64,000 nt of DNA from NCBI RefSeq assembly GCF_036321535.1, contig NC_087438.1, positions 11,534,001 to 11,598,000 on the forward strand, in the 5' to 3' direction. Positions 50,550 through 63,480 of this stretch are shown here, in pieces. This stretch comes from Camelus dromedarius. Its lineage: Eukaryota. Under the pieces are notes generated by a model. The model saw only the letters and a program-made list of their open reading frames with translations, was not told where the DNA came from and did no database searches. Made by a program: the position numbers and the translations under genes. Positions within the stretch are counted from its first letter, which is position 1. Every line of letters begins with the position of its first letter.

Positions 50550-51567
50550 CTGAAATTTGCAAGCAGTAAGAACCACCAGTATTTCTGATAAAACTACACT
50601 CCGGGAAGCTCAGTGTGAAGGGGTTTTGGGGGTCCAAGCTGGGAAGAGTGAGTGAGTTGGCTCCCCATCAAAGAAGGGGCCTTCTGTTCCTGGCCTGTAG
50701 GCAAAGATATTTTTTCTTTTCCTCCGGATGATAGAACGCACACCACTGAACAGGCCTCTGGATACTGTCAGCCGAGGCTGGCGTGATGGCCAAATAGCCC
50801 TCTTGATTATTGATCTTTTTATTTGTACCTCCTGGTGCTATAACTTCTCCATCTCAGGGTGAGCGCCCTCGTCCTTCACGCTATTCAGAAAAGAAATGAA
50901 CTGCTAGGCTCATGCAAGCAGTTCCTACAGGGGCAACTGTAGGGAGGGGCAGGGCTGGGAAAACCCAGCTAGGCATAGCTCCGGTTAGAAACGTACAGGG
51001 CTCTTTGTGGGAATTCTCCCCCTGTGACATTGGAACAGCCCTTTCCCCAGCGCTCTGGCCAGCGGTGAGATGGGAGAGTTATTTTCGTCTTAATTCTATT
51101 TAGGGGATTGGAGTGTTTCGAAGAGAGGGAGAGTTTTGCCGTGCATTTTAAATTGATAACAGATGGATTTTCTTTGTATCATTTTTGAACGGTTTTCTCT
51201 AAATAAGTTCTAAAGGTAGGATGCACATATTGACCAAAGATCAAAGGATGTTGAATTAATATTTATTATTAATTAATGTCATTAAGCAACTAGGATGACA
51301 AATCTTTCTGTATTCAGGTGTCATTTTGGGTAAATGGCTTCAATTCTTCATTTTTCTTCTTTTTTTTCCCTTGGTGCTTCTATGATGTATCTGAGACAGA
51401 AATCCTGACAGGGTAGGGATCACAGAATGAATCTACAAATAGATTTTCCACATCTCTGCTCAGGTGCATTTTTTTTGGAGAATATTTTGCAATAATGATA
51501 AATGACTTTTATTTCAAATTAATTTCAGGAGTAATTGCAATGATGAATGTATTTGTGTGTGGGTGTT

Positions 51568-51672
51568 TGAGAGAGAGAGGGAGAGAAAGAGAGGAAACAG
51601 AGAGACAGAGAGAGACAGAGAGACAGAGTCACACATAGAGGGAAAGAGAGAGAGTGAGAAAGAGAAAGAGAA
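51568..51672. repeat. GA-rich low-complexity tract
   Basis: (GA)n and (GACAGA)n runs. Confidence 0.8.
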
Positions 51673-53189
51673 ATTCTAGTGAATAAGTGAAGGTTGAAAA
51701 CCAGGTTGGGATTCCCAGCCATGATCTACTGCACAATGCTTCTATCATTAAATAATCACCATGCAAAGGGGAGAATCAAGACATTTGGCACAGCCCCAGC
51801 ACTGCTCAGAGAGAACGAACATCAGCTGTAAACTTCCAGCATGGTGTAAATACTCACTGGGCAAATGTCAGCCATGAACTGATATTCCCAGGACTCCCCA
51901 TCCTTGCCACACCTACAGAGTGAAAGGACATGGATTTTCTTTCGCTTTGTCACTGGATACAGATATCTTGGCCACAATGGTTTGAACTACAGAATGATTC
52001 CTCAGCTAAAAGTCACATGACACATGTGGCAGCCCAGTGGCTTATAAAGGTGGCCAAGTGTCAGAAAAATGCGCTCCTTTTTGGATATAGACCAGCCAAC
52101 CGAGCAAGAGCCTTTCTCTGGAGGAGCTGAGTGATACAGGAAGTAGAAGGAAGGGAAACAAGCAGGGCAGCCCTAGAGAGAGTCCAAGATTAGAGAGAGA
52201 AGCAGATAGAAAACGACTGAGTGTTGAGAATGGCAAACTCACCAGGATAGATGCCGCTGACGGAGGAGACAAGAGGGTACCAGAGCCCTGGAGGATCTTG
52301 AGTGATGCTTCCATTTCTGTGACACCCACTGTGGGAGAGTGGAGGTTGTCTCCTGACCCTCCCCTCTTCCCCAAGTGTCCCTCGCCTGACCCCCATCCTC
52401 AGAGGTTATCTCAAGCCTCTCTCTCCTCCTTGTGACCCAAAGTTATTATAATAATAAGCCTAACAATCAAATGCTTACTTTAGGCTAAATATTTAAGTAG
52501 ATTGTTTTAGTTAATTATTTCAAAAACACTATGAAATAAGTGTCATAATTATAATACCCATACGACAGATGTGTGAACTGAGGCAAAACGGGGTCAAGTC
52601 TGGTGGAAGCCTTCAGCTTGAATGCAGTAAGTAGCAGTAGTTAGTCAGTTAAATGAAAATGCCAGCTGCAGCAAGAAAATGTTAAAAACTGGTTCATGCA
52701 TATCTTCAACATCCTATTTTCCTTAAAACGTATGAATGTACATCATTTGGACAAAGACTTCTCTTTTGGTAGAAAGCACTAATTGGAATTCAGCCCTGCT
52801 TTTCTGGCAGAAACCACACCCATGACATATGTTTAACATTTTTTAGTTTCAGTTTCTTTGATGCAAAATAAACCTGGAGACACATGTGAGGAAATCTGAT
52901 GTGGAATCCTCCTATATATCTTTTTAATTTTTTCTAATCTTTTATAGTTATTTTTCCAAGACCCAACTTGCCTGATTTTCCTCATCCAGTCCTTCCAACG
53001 CATTCAGCTTAGTTTTCACAGGAAGGAAGAAAAGAAAGGACCCTTTTTCACACACTCATATTTTATCATTAGTTATCGTATTTAGTTAAATCATGTGATG
53101 ACAACTGGTATTAAAAAATTGAAGACCTAACTTTCAGACAACTCACCTAGCAAGAGCAGAAATGTATTGGACTTTTAGAGAGGACTCTA

Positions 53190-53680
53190 TACGCTAAGAT
53201 GGTTATAACTACATATACCATCTCACAAGTTCATCTAGAATCTATGCCCCTCCCCTTGAAGCTGGAGGGCACTTGGTATGGTGAAAATGATGCAATGTGG
53301 CTTCCAAGCTTAGATCATAAAAGTACTGCATATTTCCACCTTGTTCTTTTGCAACCCTGCCTCTTGAAACCCAGCCGCATGCTTTGAGGGAGCCCAAGCA
53401 AGCTATAGAGATGCCACACTGAGAGGAAACACGGCCCTTCTCCCATGGCCCTGACCAAGCCCCCTGCCGACACCAGCACCACTTGACAGCCATGTGAATA
53501 AACTGTCTGGAAAGGACATCCTCCAGGCCCAGTCAAGCCACTGTGCCTTCCACGAAGCAGAGCAGAGATGAGCCGTCCCTGTTGACCACTTGCCAATGAC
53601 AGATTAGTGAGCAAAGTAAAAGACGGCCATTTTAAGCCACTGAGTGTGGGTAGTGTGTTATGCAGCAGTGGGTAACTGCA
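53190..53680 (+). mobile_element. MaLR solo LTR (MLT1H-like)
   Basis: CCCTCCCCTTGAAGCTGG, GCTTAGATCATAAAAG, CAGCCATGTGAATAA, CAGATTAGTGAGCAAA, TTTTAAGCCACTGAGT...TGTTATGCAGCA. Confidence 0.78.
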
Positions 53681-55944
53681 GTGAGTGCTTTGGGTTTCAC
53701 TGTTACGTTTCGCAGAGGGAAGGGAGACCATAGATCAACCAGCAGGCTTGTTAAGTAAGCATTCCCTGTAACTTCTCCAAGAGTACACAGCATTAAAAGA
53801 TAAAGCCTAGTTTCGAATCCAGAAGTTTGACTTCAGAATTACATTACTATATCTATATCTATGAAAACAGTTTTAGAAACCCCATACAAAGCAGTTGATG
53901 ACTCACAATAATTTGGTTTGGTTTCTTAACTCCATGCTGACAAATGAGCTCTTAATAGTAAGAGGGTCCAAGGGAAGAGTACAAATTAATATCAGATGTC
54001 TAATATTTAAAAGTTTAAAATGAAACTAAAAACTGTTAAATAACAAAGTTCTATCCTCTTAACTTTACAGATACCTTCATGAAATCTAAGTGGCCAGGTT
54101 TGAGTTCCTGGACTCCATGGCTATATACATTTTCTTCCCACCCTTGGGTCTTGTCCTCACTGCAATGGTTTTGGTGACATGTGTAATTTCCAGCCCATAC
54201 ATACAAGCTTCATTCACATATCCTCTTGCCCCATCCATTGCCTCTTGGTCAGCTCCAGGTCCTGGGGATGGTCATGCTGGAAGATGGTCAGCTCCAGGAG
54301 AATAACTCAGAGAACCCAAAGAAGCTTATGAAGGCTCAGGAGGCAGACTTGAGCCATTTGGGTAGAAAATGCTGGGATCCTAGTGCCTGGAGCATGGTGT
54401 TAAAAGAGAAGTGGGCTCTGGATGGACCCTGGTGGGCATGTACTCTCGGCCTCCGGTCCCTGTGTGCCATGGGGAAAAGTGCAGCTAGCAGAGACTAGAG
54501 AAGCATGTGAACAGTGAGGGACACGGGACAGGGGCCCCTATCCTCAGGTCCCAGGGCAGTACTGACCCCCCGTCCCACTTGGTGTTTCTCTCCAAGCCCT
54601 CCCCCTGACCCTGGTTCACAGTGTCTGATACATGATGGAGGATTGATAAATATTTACCAAACAGAGTAGCCTTACTCCCAAAGGCAAGTCTTGAATTTTC
54701 GATCTTAGGTGGTGCTGGGGTTTAAAGATTGTCAGCCCTGAGTGAGGTCATAAGACTGGGACTGGAGCTGGACTTCCGCACACCTCTGAGCACAGCTAGA
54801 ATTGATTCTAAGTGAGACTAAATAGCAAATGCAATGGATGAGAATTAGATTTGTCTCAATGAATGGTGGCACAAAGCCTGCACCAGACGTTTGAGAATGA
54901 AACCTCGAGCACTGACTGTCCCCGTGTTTTGTCCTGACAATGACATTTTCCCCCGACTCTGACAAACTGCTCTCATCTCTTCCCCACACCTGTGCCCAGC
55001 CGAGCCCTCTACTTCCCCACCCAAGTACACACATGCTTCTGGTAATGACCACGAAGAAAAGTGCAAGTGTTTGGGGCTAATGGTTGCTGTTTTGCTCTGT
55101 AGAATGTTGCCACATTTAGGAGATTTATTTACAAAGAACTAGTCAACCTGATTGTATCTTCAAAGCAACCTCTGCAGAACCACAGAACCTTCCAAGTCCA
55201 ATACCAGTAATGATAGTACCATGCTATCATTCACCAGACCTAAAAGTCAGACCTTTTAAGCTTGTGTATGTTGTGGACAAAAACCCACTTACTTAGTTTC
55301 AGTGCTGTGTTTCAAGCACATTCTCCTCTACATCCAGGAAAATCATTACCCGTGGATGTCGTTGTTTTAGTTAATCAGAGCTAGATCTCTTAATACAGTT
55401 CTAGTCCAAACATAAAGGACTTGAGTCATAAAGTCCTGTAGAAAAAAGTTTGCCTGTCATTTTGATTAAACTTAGTTCTACTAGCTTCAGGAAAAAACCA
55501 GTGTAAGTTATACCCCGAGGTATTTTAAGTAAAAGTGAAAAGAAAAGGAAAGGAAAATTTCTGTCACTAAATTTAATTTACTTTTATTTGGAACGGAGTT
55601 AATGCAAATTCTTCATAAACATGGCCATGTGAAAATTTCTAATGGAACAGATTGTTGAGGCATAATTCTCCTAGGATGTAATTCAAAAGTGCCCTCAGAA
55701 TTGTTTCCTATAAGGCTATCAGATCCAAGGCAAGAAACAAAGATTAAAACTGTGAGAAATGAACATTGCACTCTCTCCCTGAATGTTCCACTCTCTCTCT
55801 GAATGTTCTTCTGACATTTAAAACAAACCATCAGCTACAGGAAATCTCTACTTAAACTCATGATTGGTGCTGTGGACATTGATGTTGACAAAGAATTATA
55901 TAAATTGTACTTTATTTATTTATTTTTCACATAAATGTCTTTAT

Positions 55945-56100
55945 TTTTATTTTTAACCTTTCCTGTGATACTGTTTCTGTACAGTAAACTACACATATTT
56001 CAGATGTACAATTTGATGAATTTTGATAAATGTACACACCCATGAAACCACCAGTGCAATCAAGATAGCTAGCATTTCCATCCCTCCCCAAGAGATCCAA
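55945..56100 (-). mobile_element. Old L1 3' end (L1MC/L1ME-like)
   Basis: TGTACAATTTGATGAATTTTGATAAATGTACACACCCATGAAACCACC...CAAGATA...CATTTCCATC. Confidence 0.75.
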
Positions 56101-56539
56101 TTTTTGAATTCCCAAATAAACTGTATTTTAAATGGTACTTTAACCTTTAGAGATTGAGAGCATTTCATGAATTGGGAGGGGGAAAGAAAGTAAGCTGTGG
56201 AGAGTTAATTTATTAATTATTAACTATTAATTGTATGTTCACGGGAAACTAAAACATAAGAGAATAACACTGCTCCCCCATCCCCAAAGCTGTGTTGGCA
56301 CCTTTTTTCTGTTATGGACAGTTTTTTGTTTTGTTTTTGTTACATTATTATTATTACTTTCCCCAAGGAGACGTGCACTAGGTCCTGGAAGGGATGGGAG
56401 GTGAGAGGTGCAAGGATGAGATGTGTGGTAGACCAAAGAACGGCCCCTAAATGTGCTGCAATTCTAGTTCCAGAAACTGCTGACTGTATGGTCTTACATG
56501 GCAAAGGGGAGCTAAAAGGCAAAGGTTTCAGAGTGAATA

Positions 56540-58990
56540 AGAAAGTAGGACCCAACTATATCCTGTTTACAAGAGGTGAACTTTAAGTATGAAAACACAA
56601 ATAATTTAAAAGTAAATTTGAGAAAATGTGTACCACTGCAAATAATAACTGTAAGAAAGCTGGTATGGTACAATTGATGCTGACCAAGTAAATGTCCATA
56701 CCAGAGACAAAGAAAAGCAGTTCATAGCACAAAAATGTCCACTTATTAAGAAGATAAATGATTGTATCTATATATCTGTGTATCTATATATCTCTCTCTC
56801 TCTCCAGAACTTCAAAACACATGAAACAAAAACTTACAAGATAAACAGAGAAACAGACAAATCCATAATCATAATGGAGTAATTTATAACATGCAAATTT
56901 TAAAAATCTGTAGAGATATAGATTTGAATGATATCGGCCAATTCATCATAATAGAAATTTATGGAACACCATACCCAATAATTGCAAGAATCCATAAAAA
57001 CTTCATGAAGTGTAGTACATTAAACATGACCAGCAATTAATTCTTCCTCCCCCTGTCAAGTAGTAGAATCTATATTCTCACCTGCTTTGACCAATCGCAT
57101 ATGGCAGAATTAATGTTATACTACTTATGGGTCAAGGCCTCAGAGCCCTTGCCACTTGATGCCCAACCTGTTGCAATGTCGCTGCCACTAAGGAAGGCAA
57201 CAGAGTCTAACCTCCAAGAGACTGAAATATCACATGAAGAAAGGTCCAGTCAAACCAGTGTCCAAGCTGAGCCCAGCCCCCAGCCAACCTTCCAGTTGAA
57301 TGCAGCCTCATGAGTGAGATCAAGGGAAAGTAGCATAAGAATCAACCAGGCAACCAACAGAATAATAAAAAAAAAAAGAATAAATTATTGCTTTTAAATC
57401 ACTAAGTTTTAGGGGTGGCTTGTTATGAAGCAGTTGATCACTGATACACTAAGAAAGACCACATACTTGACCATAAAATCATCTTAACAAATTTCAGTAG
57501 ATTTAAATCTTACAAAGCATCTTTTTAACCACAGTGAGTTAAATTATAAATATTATAATTTGATGACAATAAGATATTTAAAAGCCTACAAATGTTTTGA
57601 AATTAAGCACCTAGTTCTAAGTAATTTATGGATCAAAGAAGAAACCATGAGAGAAATTATAAAATATTTTGAGCAGAATGATGAAGAAAACAATGTGTCA
57701 AGATACACTGGATACAGTTAAATCAGCACTTAGAGGGAAATGTATAGTTTCAAGTGCTTATATTTAAAAAGAATAAAGGTTTAAAATTCATGAACTAAGA
57801 TTCCACCTTAAGAAGTTATACAAAGGAGAGAAAAATTAAACCCAAATTTAGCAGAATGAAAGAAATAATAGTCATTATTTACAGATACAGAGCTGACTGT
57901 ATATGTAGAGAACACCAGGTCAATAACAACAACAAAAACCTTGAGAGTAATGACAGAATTCAGCTGTACCTCAGGCTACAAGGACTACGTAGAAAAATAA
58001 ACATATTGTTACATACTAGCAATAAACAATTAAAAAGATAAGACAAAACACCATCTACAAAGATATAAATACTTAGGAATAACTTTAACAAAATATATAA
58101 AGGACCTCCACTCTTACAACAAAATATGGTTGAGATAAATGAATGAAATCCTAAATAAATGCTTATGTGTTGAGAGATCCAATATGCTTACAAGTTCTAT
58201 TTGCCTCCAAGTTCACCTATAATTTCAATGCAATGCCAAACAAAAGCCTAGCAACGGTTTTTTTTTGTTTGTGTTTCTGTTTGGTTTTTTTTTTTTTTTT
58301 TTTTGTAAAATTGAAGAGCTGATTCTAAGATGTACATGGAAATGCAATGATTCCAGAATAACCAAATCAATTTTGAAAAAAATGAGACAAGTTGGAGGGT
58401 TTACTTACACTAAAAGTTCTCATGGCTAGACAAATTCTGCTTTTAGGCTTGTTTATCCAAAAGAAATAATTTAAAATATATATTCATAGAAGACTTGTGT
58501 TAAGAAAGGTCATAGCCTTCTTCTTCATAATAACCCCAAACTGGAAAATAGCCTGAATGTCCATTAAAGGAGAATGGATAGTTATCTAGTCATGTAACAG
58601 AACACTGTTCAAAAATACAAAAAAAGAACAAAAACGGATACACACACATTGTGGGTAAATCTCAAAAACATTTTGAAGAGCAAAAGTTGTCAGACACAAA
58701 ACACACATCCTGTAGTATGTAGTATGTACATGTTTCATTTATATGAAGTTCAAGAACAGACAATGCTAATGTATCTCAGTAGAAATTGCAAGAGCAGTTG
58801 CTTCTAGGCAGCACAGAAATGAACTCAAAAGGAACATAAAGAAACTTTCTGGGGTGCTGAATATGTTCTGCATTTTGATTGGGATGTTTGCTGCACAGGT
58901 GTATACATTTGTCAATACTCACCAACTGTATACTCAACGTGTGTGCATTTTGGTATATGTACATTAAAGCAATAATGAATTAACTTATAA
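56540..58990 (+). mobile_element. Highly decayed L1 (L1ME-like) ORF2 plus 3' UTR with internal deletions
   Basis: CAGAACTTCAAAACACATGAAACAAAAACT, GCACTTAGAGGGAAATGTATAG, ATAAATACTTAGGAATAAC, GCTGATTCTAAGATGTACATGGAAATGCAA and AACTTTCTGGGGTGCTGAATATGTTCT. Confidence 0.8.
57010..57448 (+). mobile_element. MaLR LTR (MLT1G-like) nested in L1
   Basis: GCTTTGACCAATCGCATATGGCAGAA...CCAGTTGAATGCAGCCTCATGAGTGA...TAAGTTTTAGGGGTGGCTTGTTATGAAGCAGTTGATCACTGATACA. Confidence 0.75.
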
Positions 58991-61729
58991 GAAAAATTAA
59001 TTAGCATGTCTGCAGGGAGTTTTCAACCCCTGGGACAAGTAAATCTCACAGGAGAGACAGCCAAAGCCAGGAGCTGATTGAAGGACCTGGGTGAGACTCA
59101 GATGGTCAGCATCCTAGTAAGAGCTCAGGTGGGGAGGACACTCAGCCAGAAATGACAACTGAACTTCCTTGGAGCAACCACCAAGCAAGCCCAAGTGAGA
59201 AAGGAGGCATGCAAGCTACTGGAGCAGCGGAGGAGGTGAGCTCCAAGGTGGATGCCCCAAGATCTGAGGCATCTAGCTACACCCCCAGACTGAATTCAGC
59301 GGAGTCTGCAAAAGAGGATCACACGCAGACCAGACAGCCTCCTTCCACCACTGGTAGTAATGTAAACCTTTTTCCTTTTCCCTTCTGCCTCCCGAATAAA
59401 GGAGAGAACAAAAGGGGAGCATTAAAATTTATTTTTTAAAAGATATTTGTTCACAAGATACAGTTTTTATTTAAAAACTTATGTTTTAAATCAGAAAAGT
59501 CTGAGTTGTCTTAACTGGCAAATTCAAATACCCCAACCCCACCCCAGCTACCAGCCTCAGGCAGAGTAGAGATTCCAGAACTCCAGACCCACAGCTATAA
59601 AAACTAAAAGTCCTTCTTTTGTTGTTGTTTTTGAACATTTGGGTTAAAGTATATACATTTTAAATCCTGATCCATTCTGGTTTTCAGTCTTCATTCTGGC
59701 TGGAGAAGTATAGGGTTGGTGTGAGCAAAATTAGAAACTGGGAGAATAAATAAGAGGCTACTGAAGAATGCTAGGCAAGAAATTGTGAGATAAAATGGGA
59801 CTGAATGAGATCAAGGAAGTAAATCTATAAGAAGGCAGGATATAAGAATAATGCCTATGTCCTTGGTTGGGCAGCTGGGTGGATTGCAATGCCATTTAAT
59901 GTTGAAGGAATACAGGGGGTTTGGATCTGAGGGACAGGAGGAGGATGATAAGTTTAGCTTTTAACCTGTTACCCTGAGATGCCCATGGAGCATTTAGGAG
60001 AACACCTCCAAGGTCCTCTTGTATTTTAGGTCTTAAAACTCAGCAAAGAATTTTGGCCTGGAGTAAAAGAAGATAAAAGAGATTAAGAAGGACTAAATTA
60101 AATTCTTGGCTGAAAATTCTACAACAGAGAGGTAAGGAAAATTGGAAGATTGGGTATTTAGTTTGCAATAAGATTGCTTTTTTTTTTCCTGTAAAAACCA
60201 AACCAAACCAGAAAATCCAACTACTTGACAGAATTTTATTCTTTTCACATAGCAAAAAGCTAAGAGGTAAGTGGTTGCTAGCATTGGTTCAAATATGCAA
60301 TGATGTTAGAACCAACACTTCTGGAGTTCTGTTATCCTCACAATTTCAAGACAGCTGCTTTAGCTCTAGCCACCATATGCATTCAAAGTGGGGAAGAGGA
60401 GAGAGTATCACCAGTCTGACCCCTTTTATCAGGAAGTTTCCCTAGAGCTACCCTACCAGGCTTGTACCTGTGGCTGTATTTCCAGCATATAGCCATCCCA
60501 GGCCAAAAAGCTGGAGAAGTGAATATGCTTATGAAGTTAATATTCAGTTGCACAAGATACAAGGTGGTAGGGAATGGGTGTCGGGTTGGCCAAGCAGCAG
60601 TGTTTGTGAAGTTCAAAGCAACACACAAGTTTAGTGATGAGGAAAGTTGGGGAAGTCTATACTGGGAATCTTGACATAATGGACTTTCAAAACCCCCCTT
60701 GTTTGGATATTTAGGAAAATGAAAAGAAAAAAAAACCCCAACAATTTGGAGAGTTTTGTCTTTATATAACACAGAAACAACTAAGTGGAAGTTGGGCTAT
60801 CTCTGAATTAAAGATAAAGAAACTTCAATCAGGCTGCCTGAGTTTGCGCTCAGCCCTGCCACTCACCAACTAGTATCTTTCCACATAACATTTAGGCCAG
60901 ATTTTTTCATCCATAAAATAGAAATAATAAACATCTCAAGCGCTGCCAAGCAGGGAGCAAAGACTCATGAATGTTAGTTGTTTTTATTAGGTCATGCAGT
61001 CTGAAGGTCTTCAAACAATTCATTATATTTAATCATAATAATGGAAAATTACATTTAAAGAAATAATTTATAGTCGAAAGCTGCGCCTTTTGAAAACCAC
61101 CCTCATTCATAATTCCAAATAAAATTGTATGTTTAAAAATTCTAAAATTAAATAACAGTAACAAATAAAAATTAAAGCAAGGGAAATTTGGAGAGTGACA
61201 TGATTCTGCTTGCAGGTCTAAGTGACTCCATTTCATCACCAGTGAATTCCACTGAGCATCCTAATCCAAGATCCAGTCCCTGGGTAAAGGGGGCTCTCTG
61301 CCCATTAAGGGATTTCTAAGAGACTGAAGCAGATTGCTCTGTGATGGGGTCTTCATGGAGCCTGAGCAGGTTAGCAGTCTGTAACTTCCGTAGGACTGTG
61401 GAAGCCAGCACTCTCAAGACTTTGCCTTCTTAGTAGAGCAGCAGCCGTGGGTCCCGCAGGTAAGAGCAGAACAGTGCTCTCCGTCTCCTCACCCCTCCCT
61501 TGTGGGGCTAGGTGATGCCCTAGACTCTACAGTGCTTCCAAGATTTAACTGCAAATAATTTGATGACTATGATGAAGGCATCTCTGGAAACACATCTAGT
61601 TCCTGCAGAGAACTGTGTTCAGCAGTACCTACACCCAACTGGGACCCCAATTTGGAAGAGGTAGCCTTAGCAAAAGTTTAGACATTGAGCATAATGAGCT
61701 TGTACATGAGCACAAACTAAGATCACACT

Positions 61730-62206
61730 TACGGTAGGCAGAATAATGGCCCGGCAAAGATTTCCTAATTTCCCGAACCTGTGAATACCTTACATGGCAG
61801 AAAGGGCTTGGCAGATGTGATTAAATTAAGGATTTTGAGATGGGGAGATTGTCCTGGATTAGCTGAGGGGACCAAGTGTAATCACAAGGGTCCTCAGAAG
61901 ATGGAGACAGGAGAGTTAAAGTAAGAGAGGAGATGTGTCAGGGGAGCAGAGATTGGAGTGATGCATTTTGAAGAGGGAGGAAGGGACAACAAATCAAAGA
62001 ATATGGGTGGCCTCTGGAAGCTAGAAAACACAAGGAAAGTAATTGTTCCCTAGAGCCTCCAGAAGGAAACAGCTCTGTTGATTTTAGCCCCTTAAGATCC
62101 ATTTTGGACTTGTAACCTCCAGAAATGTACAATGATAGAGGTGTGTTGCTTTAAGCCATTTGTGGTATGTAGCAATTTGTTACAGCAGCAACAGGAAACT
62201 AATACA
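61730..62206 (+). mobile_element. MaLR solo LTR (MLT1D-like), near full length
   Basis: GGTAGGCAGAATAATGGCCC...GCAGATGTGATTAAATTAAGGATTTTGAGATGGGGAGATT...CCTAGAGCCTCCAGAAGGAA...TTTGTTACAGCAGCAACAGGAAACTAATACA. Confidence 0.88.
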
Positions 62207-62381
62207 AACTTTATCATTCATTTGTTTCATGGTCATATGTCTCAACATCCTCCTTCTCATGAATGATTCAATCTCCTAGGGAGGAACCCGGTTGAAAGGT
62301 TTCTAATAGCTAACACTGAGACATGAACTGACATAGCTTCTGGTCCTTCCTCCAGGCCACATCCCTCTGCTGTCCCTTCCT

Positions 62382-62384
62382 ACA

Positions 62385-62418
<34 letters not shown>
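62382..62418. repeat. (CA)n microsatellite
   Basis: Near-perfect CA run. Confidence 0.92.
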
Positions 62419-62419
<1 letters not shown>

Positions 62420-63377
62420 CTCTCTTCACTAGGGTCTAGGTGGTAGAGCATCTCCAGATGCATCTGGGACACTGGAAGGAGTTTTTCCCTCATGGTTCTG
62501 TTAAACCTCAGGATATGAGGGCTGTTCAAACTTGGCCACAAGCCAGCTAAAAGTGAGATTGTGGAAATGCAACTTGGGTTAATGAGATTTATTTGAAGCA
62601 TGGTCTCAGTAAGCTGCGCTGCCAAATCCAAACTTCTGACTCATATGCATTATGAATTTGAAAGAATATTTAGGAGAAAAGTATTTAAACAATGTCTCCC
62701 ACATGTATACAGTGTCCATTCAGCTGACAGTATGAGAAGTTACTCCTCGCTGAAGAACTCTCTGATGAACTCCTTCTGCATCAAGTGCTTCTTTCTAAGC
62801 TGACATTGGACCACACAGCCTGGCTTTTTCTACCCCCTCATTCACTCTTCCTCCAGATAAGAACTCCATGTAATTAAAGAACTAATTGTATTCGACTCTA
62901 TCACCAACATGCTACAAAGGGCATCTAAACATTAATTGCATAGGCATTTTTTGCAACCCAGAGAAGCATCTCTAGGAAGCTGATATAATGAAAAATTGAT
63001 CATTCAATAGCTGTTAGACCAAATCTAGATATGCAGTGATAACATTAATCATAGCTCAGTACATCAAATCAGGAGCTTGTAAACAACATGACATGATGCT
63101 CCCAGAACACTAATGCTTTCTTCTTTTCAGGAGATTTAGCTCCAAGCATGAATGCCCTTAGGATATCTGTGGGACTTTCCCAAAGATCTCCGCTGGCAGA
63201 ACAATTGTTGGAAAGATGATCTGTTCAGGGAAGATAAAATGTTTTTTTCTAAGCTTAATATGAATTACATTCCTTTATTATTTTTTTCTGAACTGGTGAC
63301 AGTCAGAAAGAGGTCTCTTGTTTCAAAAAAAGAAGTAAATCATGGATTCTGATACTGGTGATACTGGTGAAAAATGA

Positions 63378-63480
63378 GAGAAAGAAGAGGGAGGAAAAGG
63401 AAGAGGAGGAGGAAGAGGAGAAGAAGAAGGAGGAGGAGGAGGGGAGGGGGAGGGGAGGAAAAGGAGATGGAGAAGGGAAA
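63378..63480. repeat. (GGA/GAA)n purine-rich tract
   Basis: Polypurine low-complexity run seen directly. Confidence 0.85.

Noticed and set aside
55769..55808. 20-bp tandem duplication CACTCTCT(C/T)...GAATGTTC (19/20 identical)
   Set aside because: Two units only; ordinary slippage, not an array.
63148..63219. Peptide MNALRISVGLSQ... reminiscent of the CANT1 N-terminus (LRISVGGL)
   Set aside because: Only a 6-residue match followed by unrelated sequence and a stop.
514..63352. Supplied ORFs of 60-148 aa as genes
   Set aside because: They are short, often start at non-ATG codons, and many are antisense to L1/LTR or low-complexity. None resembles a host protein I recognise.
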